This document shows positions 9,416 to 17,980 of a stretch of DNA of 32,000 nt, one piece after another; positions within the stretch are counted from its first letter, which is position 1; every line of letters starts with the position of its first letter. A program made the position numbers and the translations under genes. The stretch covers positions 210,001 through 242,000 of the forward strand of contig JBAZVE010000001.1 of the NCBI GenBank assembly GCA_041661045.1. Reading direction: 5' to 3'. The notes beneath the pieces were generated by a model, which had not been told where the DNA came from, did not search any database, and saw only the letters and a list, made by a program, of their open reading frames with translations. This DNA is from Candidatus Saccharimonadota bacterium. Lineage in GTDB: Bacteria > Patescibacteriota > Gracilibacteria > UBA1369 > 2-02-FULL-48-14.

Positions 9416-12400
9416 TGGTGACCACCACCACTTTCTCCACCGCCGCCCCCTTCTGCAGGTTTCTTATGTGGCCTGTTGTCCACATCCACTCCCTGCGCGC
9501 GTTCGAGTGCGGAGGCGCGAACATGATCGGCCTCGTGCTCGGCATCGTGAAGCGCCTTGGTGTAGTCCGCGAATACGGCTCCCTTAGCTTTGGCTTTTGC
9601 CTGGGCTTTGGCAATGTTTTCGCGGTGGTCTTGTTGGAGTTTTGCCACCATGGCTCCCAAATTATCTTCCTTGGTTTGGTTCACCGCATACTCCAAATAA
9701 GGAGCTATTCTTTTGTATAAATCATCAATGCCCTTTGGTGGATCTCCATTCCAAATTCCATACTGGCTTTCCAAGGCATTTATAATTGCCTTCGCATCGT
9801 CATCGGTCCGAATTTCATCATTGACCATTTTTTTGATCAAGGGATAGCTGGAATCGAAATCCAACATAGTCAAATAATCCGCTACTCCCTTCACAATGGC
9901 TCCGGTTCCTTTTTCCTCCCGGGCAAATACCTTGCTGTAAATTCCGCTTGTTCGTGGCGGCTTTGCGGCATCCGAGGGTTCCAGACGGAACATTTCTGCC
10001 CCCTTGTAAGCCCTTCTGTTCAAGACTCCTTCGTAGGTTAAGAACTGAGACGCAAAACGAACCATCTCCAGTTTATTTTGTTTTGGCTCCCTCCCTGCGT
10101 AAAGCTCCCCGTACATGTCGAGCCAAAATTCATTTCCCGTGGCCAAACTCATCAAACCGGTCTTAGGCATACCGTAACCTCCCTGGGTCTTTTGAGTGAG
10201 CATATCTTTCACTCGTTCTATGCCGAGGTAACCCGCGAGCATCGGCGCGTCATCGTGATCCACACGGTGGGATCCTTGAGACAAGGTCTTTTCAAACCGT
10301 TCTTGAACCGTGGTGTTGTACATCACGGATTTGTGCATGTAGTAGTCCCATGTCGTTTCGTTTTTTGCATAGGCCGCCGCTTCCTTAATGTCATCGATGG
10401 TGGGTCTATCTCCACGGCCAACCCCCGAATCAAACCAGTCGAAAGGTGGGTAGGTGTTGTTGGTATCAGTGGTGTTCACTCCACGGTCGAAAGGCAAAAG
10501 GCCACTGGAGATACCCAAAACCAGGAATCTCATACGAGCCTCCCCTTTCATCTTTCCTTGAGCCACTGCATAACGGATGATGGACTCAAATTTAATGGGG
10601 TCCGCGGTGGAAAAGTGCTTACCGGCATGGTGGTCGGCCTCATACTGGTCCAGGATCCGTTGAGCCTCATTCACCAAGGCCCCGGGTTCGGCGGCGATGC
10701 CTCCCCAGTTTTTCTCGTACTCTTTCATTTTGCTCTCGTACGAAGAAGCATTGGTGTTTTTGAGCGACTTGAAGGCTTCAGAATCCCTGTAAATATAGAT
10801 ATAGGCCTGACGCATCTTTTCTTCGGAAGAAGTGAGGTTCTTTTGGTGCCAGTATCTGTCTTCCGAAATTTTGACGGTTTTTTGCCAGCGATTGAGCTGT
10901 TTGAAGAGCCAGGGTGCATAAAAATCCACACGCCCTCGTTTGGCCAAAATATTCAAACAGGCTTTGAATTCAAAGCGGTCGATGGTTTCCGCCGCCAAGT
11001 GCATCAAGTGCTCGGTGTTGAAACTGTCGTATCCTTTTTCAATATCCCCCACACGACCGTGTTCCGCGTGCTCCGCCTCTTGCGCTCCATTCGGATGCAA
11101 TTCCGTGAGCGACTTGATCATCTGATTGTTGGTCGGATTTGGAATATGGGTGAGGATTTTTGTGGCATCTCTTTGCCAGTATCCCGCTCCTCGCTTGGCT
11201 TCCGTCTCCACATTTCCCTTCACCGTTTCCGTAACGGAGTGCCAGAAATGTCCCAGCGTTTCGAAGGGGTTGATCATGACGACATCTCGCGTGGGTCGCC
11301 CCGTTCCCTCATTTAGGCTCGTCCTAAAGAGACGCATGTTCTCAAGCGTTTCTGTGAGTTGGACTTCCCCAAAATCCTTGTAACTCATGATCTTTTCTCC
11401 CACTCCCTTCATCCCCTCCAGGAGAGTGCGGGCGACGGCGCGGCGTTCCGCCGTGGACATGGGGGCTTTTTTCAAAAATTCCAATTGCCCTTTGAGTCCC
11501 CGTGGGACAACCATTTCCCCTCCCTTCGGGCCAAAGGTGACCACCCCTCCAATGCTATCAGGCTTATCCGTTTCAATTCCTTCCTCACTAAAGAAAGCAT
11601 CTCTAATGGCGGCCTTGATGTCTTCGTGCTTCTCCAATTCCCCGATCTGTTCCTCCACGGTCTTGAGCTGATCCTCCCACCACTTGCGCTCTTGATCCTT
11701 GGTGCTTTTGATCTTGCGTTCTATTTCTGTTTTTAAACTGGCGGCTTCCGTTTTTACCTGGCCGACGATGGCTTTAAATTTGTCGATCTCTGCATCGTTC
11801 ATGTCCCGTGCTATTTGGCCCTGCAATTTCGTGAACTCCTCTTCCAATTTTGCATCGGTGAGGTCCACAAAGTCTCCGTCTGCATTCACCTCTTTCCCTT
11901 CCCCAAATCTCACGAAATCTTTGTAGGAATCTTCGATGTTGTTCGCCATGTTCCACCACTTATTGGCGTCTTCGAAAAGCACCTTTGCGGGAGACTCTCC
12001 GTTCGGGAATTCCAAACTCCCGTCATCGATGTCTGCAAGGTTTTTCTCCTTGAGCTGTTCCGTGGCCGTGGTGATGTACTCTATCCACGAGTCCCGTACA
12101 TCTTTATAACCATTGGGAGGATTGTCCAGCCACTGTTTTTTGATGTGATTGAGTCGAGCCGTGAGGTTCTCTTTTATTGTGGCATCCATCAACTCTGCTT
12201 GAGCTTTTCTTTCCGCCACAAGTCTGGCGATCATGTCGTCCACTTCTTTTATGGCTTTGCCTCTGTCGAGATTGGCCTCGTTTTTTTCTTCTTCACGAAG
12301 CCTTTGCTTGACACTCTGTTCCATCCCCGGCAACTGCTCTGCAACCTCGAGCAGTGTTTTGTATTTCTGCCTGAGCTTGAAATGGTAGCGATTCTTCTTA

Positions 12401-12768
12401 AAATCCGCTCTATTCCAGTTTTTATCGTTCCCAAGCTCTTTGCGTTCCTTCACCAAATCCTGGAGGGCGTTTTGGGTTCCATTGTAATCGCGCAGCAAGG
12501 CCACCCAGTCGGCGTGAATTTCCCACCGTTTATCGGGGTCGTAGGGCATTTCCCCCGGAAGGATAGTCCTTAATTTTTTTGAAATAGTCCCTTCGGTTTC
12601 TTCACCGGACTCTGTGGGCTCACCCGGACCTTTTGGAGTGGCAAAGCACAACAGTTCTCTTCCGAGGAATGGATTTTTTTTGTACGGAACCGAGTTGTGT
12701 AGGCTACAGATTCTCATGGGGGTGGGGTGATGCTGCCCTCTCGTGGGCGAGAGGAGGGAGTAGCTCAA
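9412..12768 (-). CDS. Large soluble hypothetical protein (up to 1118 aa), K/E/D-rich, C-terminal Gly/His tail; last gene of the orphan operon
   Basis: Uninterrupted 3.36-kb ORF. I see no TM segment and recognise no catalytic motif. The N-terminal third has long charged helical stretches and the C-terminus is ...KKPAEGGGGGESGGGHH. The track start at 12768 is a TTG, and the first ATG is 12717 (MRICSLHN...), so the start is uncertain. The stop overlaps the thrS stop (cTTAGt). Confidence 0.8.
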   Translation of the reverse strand: MSYSLLSPTRGQHHPTPMRICSLHNSVPYKKNPFLGRELLCFATPKGPGEPTESGEETEGTISKKLRTILPGEMPYDPDKRWEIHADWVALLRDYNGTQNALQDLVKERKELGNDKNWNRADFKKNRYHFKLRQKYKTLLEVAEQLPGMEQSVKQRLREEEKNEANLDRGKAIKEVDDMIARLVAERKAQAELMDATIKENLTARLNHIKKQWLDNPPNGYKDVRDSWIEYITTATEQLKEKNLADIDDGSLEFPNGESPAKVLFEDANKWWNMANNIEDSYKDFVRFGEGKEVNADGDFVDLTDAKLEEEFTKLQGQIARDMNDAEIDKFKAIVGQVKTEAASLKTEIERKIKSTKDQERKWWEDQLKTVEEQIGELEKHEDIKAAIRDAFFSEEGIETDKPDSIGGVVTFGPKGGEMVVPRGLKGQLEFLKKAPMSTAERRAVARTLLEGMKGVGEKIMSYKDFGEVQLTETLENMRLFRTSLNEGTGRPTRDVVMINPFETLGHFWHSVTETVKGNVETEAKRGAGYWQRDATKILTHIPNPTNNQMIKSLTELHPNGAQEAEHAEHGRVGDIEKGYDSFNTEHLMHLAAETIDRFEFKACLNILAKRGRVDFYAPWLFKQLNRWQKTVKISEDRYWHQKNLTSSEEKMRQAYIYIYRDSEAFKSLKNTNASSYESKMKEYEKNWGGIAAEPGALVNEAQRILDQYEADHHAGKHFSTADPIKFESIIRYAVAQGKMKGEARMRFLVLGISSGLLPFDRGVNTTDTNNTYPPFDWFDSGVGRGDRPTIDDIKEAAAYAKNETTWDYYMHKSVMYNTTVQERFEKTLSQGSHRVDHDDAPMLAGYLGIERVKDMLTQKTQGGYGMPKTGLMSLATGNEFWLDMYGELYAGREPKQNKLEMVRFASQFLTYEGVLNRRAYKGAEMFRLEPSDAAKPPRTSGIYSKVFAREEKGTGAIVKGVADYLTMLDFDSSYPLIKKMVNDEIRTDDDAKAIINALESQYGIWNGDPPKGIDDLYKRIAPYLEYAVNQTKEDNLGAMVAKLQQDHRENIAKAQAKAKAKGAVFADYTKALHDAEHEADHVRASALERAQGVDVDNRPHKKPAEGGGGGESGGGHH

Positions 12769-12791
12769 CTTCTTGAGCGGACTCTCCCCTC

Positions 12792-12834
12792 ACAATCACC
12801 GTCCATGGTTTTCCGACCGTAGGAGGGTGATTGT
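12792..12834 (-). repeat. Intercistronic hairpin between the 752-aa and 1118-aa genes
   Basis: acaatcacc (12792-12800) pairs with ggtgattgt (12826-12834): 9-bp stem, 25-nt loop. A second small hairpin, cctctcg-tggg-cgagagg (12737-12754), lies between TTG 12768 and ATG 12717. Confidence 0.4.
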
Positions 12835-12871
12835 AGCATCTGTTTTTATTTTTGTAAAGTTAGGTGTTTAT

Positions 12872-15130
12872 TTATAGTCTTATAGCGTTGAGTTGCCTTT
12901 GCATTTCTTCCAATTGAGTGACGGCTGTGTTCACCCGCGCAAGCAGGGCTGCATTGGCTGCGACTGCCGGGTCTCTTCGCAAATCTATGGCATTGGTCAC
13001 AGCTGTGTTCACTGCGTTTCTTGCTGTGGTTAAGCTTTGATTGTCCTGATTGGTTTGAAGGGTTGTTGTTGCGTTTCTTGCCGCAGTTACATTTCCATTC
13101 AGAGTGGTTACGGCTGCATTTCCCGGAAGCGCAGCAACCAGTGCGGCCACTTCTGTGCTCAATGACGCGGTGGTGGGTACAATAAGGTTCACTACCGCAG
13201 GAATGGCGGCGGCCCCTTGTGCAGCGCCCGCTTGGCTCTGTTGTCCGGGAGCGTTGGTGCGGTTCAATCCCACTGTGCTGCCGTCCAGCCTATTCAAAAT
13301 GGCATCCATGGCGGGTTTGTTTTCGAATCCAAGTTGCTCGGCAGTGAAGCCGCTGTTTTGTAAGAGGTCACGGATTTGAGTCAAATTGAATCCGGCGAGT
13401 GTCCTTGCATCCCCACTCGTGAGGTTACTTTGAAGATTTTGAAGACCTCTATCCATTCTGGTTTTTGCGTTGTTGTCTTTGGAGCTTCTCACGATGTTTC
13501 TGAGTTGGCTCAAAAGATCGTGAGTTTGAGTGTAATCGATATCTTGGCCACTGGTGATGATGGCTCTTGCCGTGTTGTAGCTGGCGGCGGGGTTTGTGTT
13601 TTCCACACGGCCCAGCGGATTCATTGGGATCCCAAAGAAGGTGGCATCTTGGGGTAAATTGTTGAGCTGGTTTGTGAGTAAGATATCGTTGTTCACAAGG
13701 TTCATGGCATTGCTGAGTCCCATTTTAATGGCTCCAGCAGAAACTTTGGTTTCCGCGTCTTCTCCCGCAACAGAGATGGGAACGGTGGGAAGAACGGTGG
13801 GCAGTTTGATGAGGAAGTCTTTGACCTGGCCTCCAAAGCTTTCGATGCCGGAGACGATGCCTTGAGCGTAAGTTTCGTTGGCGGCGGCGAAGACTCCGGT
13901 CCACACAATAACGATGCTGGCGAGGGCGATGATGAGTTGAGGAAGGTCGTTGATGCCGGAGATGAGGAATTCTGTGGAAATCACTTCGTCCACCTTAAAG
14001 CCTCCTCCGTCGAGGGCGGCGTTGCCGGTGAGTCCATCCCAAGCGGCGATCATGATGTAGCCCAAGCTCATGGTGGCTCCAATGATAATGGGGGCAATGA
14101 GGTGTTTGGTGACTTTTCCCACAAAGTCCCCTCCTCCTCCGGCCCATTCTTTGATTTGAGGAACCACATACACAAGCACTGCTAGCGGAGAAAGGGCCAA
14201 GGCGACCCACAGCACCACCAAACGAGTGAGCAGCACAATGCCGAGCACCAAGTATGAAACCGCGAAGACCGCGTACATAACAATGGAGAACATGATGCTG
14301 ATGGTGAGATCCGAGAAATCGGTGATGCCCTCCGGCTTGAGCAAAGAGAGGCTGCTGAGCCCACCCATGTTCACGGCCATCACTAGACCGATATTATTGG
14401 AGTTGAGATTTTGAAAATATTTTGCTTCCAGAACCCCGTCGAGACCGATGTAGTCTCCCGTTTCATCGTCCACGGCACAAAAGAGCTGGGTATGAATGGG
14501 GACATCTCCTATGTCTATGGCCGCGTTCCAGTAATCGGTTGGGGCTCCTGTGGTTTCGTCCACGGCTTTCCAACACACACTTCTTTCGAATTCATCTTTT
14601 ACTGCGCTGAAATCGTAAGGAGTTTCGTCGGAGGCGGCCAGTTCCGGCAGCGCGAATACGGCGGTGGTGGCCACATTGGTGAGATCCAAAACCACCTTTC
14701 CGGCGATGAAGGTGAAGTTGACCAAAACGAGTCCAAGCACAATTTTGGGCAGGGCGGTTTTGAGGGCCAAATCTCCCTCTCCTCCTCCAATTCCAAGCAC
14801 ATTGTAAACGGCCACGGCCAGGAGCACGAGCACAAAGGCAATGTTCACCAGGTCTCGCACGGGGATCCAAATGCCTTTGAGCCTATCTTCCATTCCGGGT
14901 CCCAAAATGAGGTCTGTGTCCATTAAATCTCCAATAATAAGGAGGAAGGGCCAGAGCAGCATGTTGATGAAATTCATTCCTATGGAAACCATTGACGCGA
15001 TGGATTGCTCCACCGTTCGTTGGACTTCACTTGCGTCCATGGCGTTTGTGGCTTGCGCGTGCTCAGGGAGGAGGGAGAATCCCACCACCACCAGAGCCAA
15101 AAGCAAGATTGGTTTTATAAATTTTTTCAT
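12872..15130 (-). CDS. Signal-peptide-bearing polytopic membrane protein (752 aa) with long N/T/A/Q-rich C-terminal domain; function unknown
   Basis: N-terminus MKKFIKPILLLALVVVGFSLLPEHAQA looks like a signal peptide. By eye there are about 7-8 hydrophobic helices between aa 44 and 418. A ~110-aa loop contains two Cys (SVCWKAVDE...QLFCAVDDE). The C-terminal ~330 aa is hydrophilic and ends in repetitive N/T/A-rich helices (NAVNTAVTNAIDL...VNTAVTQLEEMQRQLNAIRL). The start overlaps the upstream stop as ATGA. Confidence 0.85.
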   Translation of the reverse strand: MKKFIKPILLLALVVVGFSLLPEHAQATNAMDASEVQRTVEQSIASMVSIGMNFINMLLWPFLLIIGDLMDTDLILGPGMEDRLKGIWIPVRDLVNIAFVLVLLAVAVYNVLGIGGGEGDLALKTALPKIVLGLVLVNFTFIAGKVVLDLTNVATTAVFALPELAASDETPYDFSAVKDEFERSVCWKAVDETTGAPTDYWNAAIDIGDVPIHTQLFCAVDDETGDYIGLDGVLEAKYFQNLNSNNIGLVMAVNMGGLSSLSLLKPEGITDFSDLTISIMFSIVMYAVFAVSYLVLGIVLLTRLVVLWVALALSPLAVLVYVVPQIKEWAGGGGDFVGKVTKHLIAPIIIGATMSLGYIMIAAWDGLTGNAALDGGGFKVDEVISTEFLISGINDLPQLIIALASIVIVWTGVFAAANETYAQGIVSGIESFGGQVKDFLIKLPTVLPTVPISVAGEDAETKVSAGAIKMGLSNAMNLVNNDILLTNQLNNLPQDATFFGIPMNPLGRVENTNPAASYNTARAIITSGQDIDYTQTHDLLSQLRNIVRSSKDNNAKTRMDRGLQNLQSNLTSGDARTLAGFNLTQIRDLLQNSGFTAEQLGFENKPAMDAILNRLDGSTVGLNRTNAPGQQSQAGAAQGAAAIPAVVNLIVPTTASLSTEVAALVAALPGNAAVTTLNGNVTAARNATTTLQTNQDNQSLTTARNAVNTAVTNAIDLRRDPAVAANAALLARVNTAVTQLEEMQRQLNAIRL

Positions 15131-16401
15131 GAAAAGAGGGTGAGATGGGTGACAAAGGCGCTTGATCCGGCAAGACCGGCGAAGGCCGCTCCCGTGATTC
15201 CGGCAGCGAGGCCGGCACCTTTGGCAATGGATTTCTGATCGGCGGTCCAGCGGTCTTTTTTGGCTTGCTCGGCTTTTTGAGTTTTTTTCTTTTGAAATTG
15301 CTCGGCCGCTTGGAGTATGGCGAATTGTTTGTACCTCTCCAGTTCTCGCTCTTGCGCTTTTTTTCGTTCCTCGTTTTGTCGGGCAAAATGCGCGGCGGCG
15401 GCAGCTTGAGTCACCGTGGCGGAGGCTTGTACCCCTTGAGGGGCGCTGGCTTTTGCATGGGTGAGGGCCGCCGCTTCTTTCGCTTGTTCTTCTTGAGACA
15501 AGGCCTCCAACTGAGACAAGGTGTCTAAGATGCCAAGAGCGCCGATGGCCACTGCCGCTTCTTTGGCGGCCTGGGCTTTGGAGGGATCCTCTCCTTCCAC
15601 AGAAGAGATTTTTTGCATCTCTGTGAATTCGGGTTTTGCTTCTCCATATTTCTCGGGGAGCTGAGTCTCCGGGATGCGCTCGCTTCGCTCGCGCCCACCT
15701 TTGTTGATCTGCTCATACACCAAGGGCAGAGCGGGATCTTGATCTACCTCCACTTCCACCGAGAATCGGGAACTGTCGTCTTCCAAGGCCGTTCCATTTC
15801 GGGCGACCTCTATATGCACCACTCCCTTTTCTATCGTGGCATTTTCCACTCGCCACAGCTGTTTCTCGGATTGATTTTGTACACTGAAACTTTCTTTCAA
15901 AACTTTTACGCTGTGCAAAAGGGTTTGCCCCTCGATCACTTCACTGAGCTTCATGCTGGAGCTTACGAGGGTTGGGGACAGGATGGTGGTGTGCAAAGGA
16001 GAAGCCTCTCTGGCCTCTTTTAGGGTGAGGAAGTGGTCGAACTTGGGCCCTCCGCTTCGCTCCGGGCCCTCGTCGCTACTCACCAAAAGCAGCTGTCCTC
16101 GTCGTGCCAGATTTTTTAATTGTTCCTTTTTCTCCTCGGTTTCAGGGCTTTGTTCCACCAAGTCGAGCAGTTTTTGCTCCACTTCCAGGGCCAAATCTTC
16201 GCTGATCCGCTCGGTTGCTTCTTCCGAAGTCCACAGAGCATTCTGGTTTTCCTCCTGCGATCGTCTCAAACGGTCGGCATAGACCGGGTCAAAACTTATG
16301 TTTTTCCCTTGGGCCGCGAGGTCCATTTGCTGGGCGAACTGTTTTTGTGAATCGAGATAGAGCATATAGAGTTGTTGCCGCTTACGCCGGCTTATATTCA
16401 A
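15127..16401 (-). CDS. Hypothetical charged/coiled-coil protein (424 aa) with C-terminal Gly/Ala-rich hydrophobic tail anchor
   Basis: Long ORF rich in E/K/Q, ending in KGAGLAAGITGAAFAGLAGSSAFVTHLTLFS (a single C-terminal hydrophobic segment). The track start at 16401 is a TTG overlapping the upstream gene by 20 nt. The alternative ATG at 16365 leaves a 16-nt gap. Confidence 0.75.
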   Translation of the reverse strand: MNISRRKRQQLYMLYLDSQKQFAQQMDLAAQGKNISFDPVYADRLRRSQEENQNALWTSEEATERISEDLALEVEQKLLDLVEQSPETEEKKEQLKNLARRGQLLLVSSDEGPERSGGPKFDHFLTLKEAREASPLHTTILSPTLVSSSMKLSEVIEGQTLLHSVKVLKESFSVQNQSEKQLWRVENATIEKGVVHIEVARNGTALEDDSSRFSVEVEVDQDPALPLVYEQINKGGRERSERIPETQLPEKYGEAKPEFTEMQKISSVEGEDPSKAQAAKEAAVAIGALGILDTLSQLEALSQEEQAKEAAALTHAKASAPQGVQASATVTQAAAAAHFARQNEERKKAQERELERYKQFAILQAAEQFQKKKTQKAEQAKKDRWTADQKSIAKGAGLAAGITGAAFAGLAGSSAFVTHLTLFS

Positions 16402-17977
16402 AAAATTCCAACGGAGTGAAGTTCAGCGCATTGAGGCCCTCTTCCTTCCGGAGGTCTTGGATGACCCCCCTCTGGAGATCGGGATTATCGGGCATTCGTC
16501 CGGCATTTTCACCTGCAGTTGAAGAAAAGTGCATGGCCCAATCTGCCATTTTTTCTTCCAAAAACTCTTGTTTCCCCCACAAATCTCTAAACTCGGGGGG
16601 GAGATCTTCTCGAGTTTTAATGCCGATGTCTGCAAAAGAAATGGGCACCCTTTTCTCCAAAGAAGCGGCCTTTTTGGCTTTGTAAACCTGCATGATCCGT
16701 TCTGCAAAGGTGCCGTAGAAGTGCATTTCACGGTAGTAGTGCGTGAGTTCTTTCTTAAAATCATCATCATAAGCACTGAGTCTGTCGTCTTTTGCCTCGT
16801 TTTTATCTCGAACCACTCGGGCAGCCATTTGTTCCGGTGTGGACACCATTCCTCCAAATCCTCCTGATGCCTGAAGTCCCACGCCCATCTCGGCGATACC
16901 GAGCCAGATCATGGGATTCAGCGGAATATTTGCAGGATCCGTGACATTCATGGCCACATTCATCCCCACGGTCATGGCTCCGTTTACGGTGAGCAAGGCG
17001 GACCCAATCCCCTTGAGGGTCAGGAGGGAGCGCGCATGATTTTTGTGCCCGTAACTGCTGTTTTCGTAGTGAGCGGCGGCGCGAATGGTTCTTTGTTTCG
17101 CTTGGTCTTCCTTGAAGGCTCCCATCTGTCGGCTGCTCACTTGGCTGAGTGCCGCCTCGAGGACTTCTCTGTCTTTTTTGTTCTTGGTGACGGCCAATTT
17201 CTCGTTCAAAACCGCTGCGGCTTGTACCGCACTGAGGAAGTCAGCCCCCACCATGGTGATGATCTGCTGTTCAAAATGTGGAAAATTCTTTTCCTGTGCC
17301 ATTTTTCTGGCCAGAGTCAGGTGATATTTTTTAGGAAGGGCGGCCATAACCAGCGACACATCGTTGTTTTCTCCCGGTTTGGCGTTTGCTTTCATGCTGC
17401 GGATTCTATCCAGGAGTAGTTTGAAGTCACCCTCTTCCGGTTCCTCCCCCTTGGACAGTCTTGTGAGCAAAGGCATGAGGTCGGGGGCAAAGCCTCGGCC
17501 CAATGCTTCGAGATAAGACTCCTTCATCTCCGGCGGAAGGGCTTGATACACCAGTTGTTGCACATCGATTCCCTCCACCATGCTCATGAGTTTTCCGAGC
17601 TGGGCCAATTCCACTGGTGTGGAAACCATTTTCTCTCCGGGATTCACGGCGGATTGGTGGACATCCGCCAGTTCCAGCATCAAGTAAGCTCGTTGTTGAA
17701 TAAAGTCCAGTACTTTTTTTTGCGTGTTGATTAAATCCAGCTTGTCTAAGCCAAGAATCTCGCCTCTCTGCCCCGAGTGGATGCTTTGAATTTCGTCGGT
17801 GAGCTGGCTGGTTTTTGATCCCAATACCGCCTTGATGCGGTTCTCCGCAGCCATGGCATATTCTTTGGATTTACGGGTAGACCATGCCATTTTCTCGTTC
17901 ACGGTTTGATCCAAGGCTTTTACAGCCTCTTTTTCGTTTTCTTTCAGTTCACCGGTGATGTTTTCTTTTCCTGGCAT
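16382..17977 (-). CDS. Hypothetical protein (531 aa), hydrophilic with one central hydrophobic helical hairpin
   Basis: ATG start 3 nt after the upstream stop. The protein is mostly charged and helical by composition. One hydrophobic region, aa ~317-378 (SLLTLKGIGSALLTVNGAMTVGMNVAMNV-TDPANIPLNP-MIWLGIAEMGVGLQASGGFGGMV), stands out. No family motif recognised. Confidence 0.8.
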   Translation of the reverse strand: MPGKENITGELKENEKEAVKALDQTVNEKMAWSTRKSKEYAMAAENRIKAVLGSKTSQLTDEIQSIHSGQRGEILGLDKLDLINTQKKVLDFIQQRAYLMLELADVHQSAVNPGEKMVSTPVELAQLGKLMSMVEGIDVQQLVYQALPPEMKESYLEALGRGFAPDLMPLLTRLSKGEEPEEGDFKLLLDRIRSMKANAKPGENNDVSLVMAALPKKYHLTLARKMAQEKNFPHFEQQIITMVGADFLSAVQAAAVLNEKLAVTKNKKDREVLEAALSQVSSRQMGAFKEDQAKQRTIRAAAHYENSSYGHKNHARSLLTLKGIGSALLTVNGAMTVGMNVAMNVTDPANIPLNPMIWLGIAEMGVGLQASGGFGGMVSTPEQMAARVVRDKNEAKDDRLSAYDDDFKKELTHYYREMHFYGTFAERIMQVYKAKKAASLEKRVPISFADIGIKTREDLPPEFRDLWGKQEFLEEKMADWAMHFSSTAGENAGRMPDNPDLQRGVIQDLRKEEGLNALNFTPLEFFEYKPA

Positions 17978-17980
17978 GGT

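Noticed and set aside
9523-9537. HEXXH-like motif (HEADH) near the C-terminus of the 1118-aa protein, suggesting a zinc metalloprotease
   Set aside because: It sits in a low-complexity H/E/A/D-rich tail (HDAEHEADHVRAS). It has no downstream third ligand or Met-turn context, and there is no globular domain around it. It most likely arose by chance.
10078-11316. 412-aa plus-strand ORF (plus 11815-12573 and others) inside the 1118-aa gene
   Set aside because: These ORFs are fragmented among several frames, whereas the minus strand holds one uninterrupted 3.36-kb frame with protein-like composition. They are shadow ORFs.
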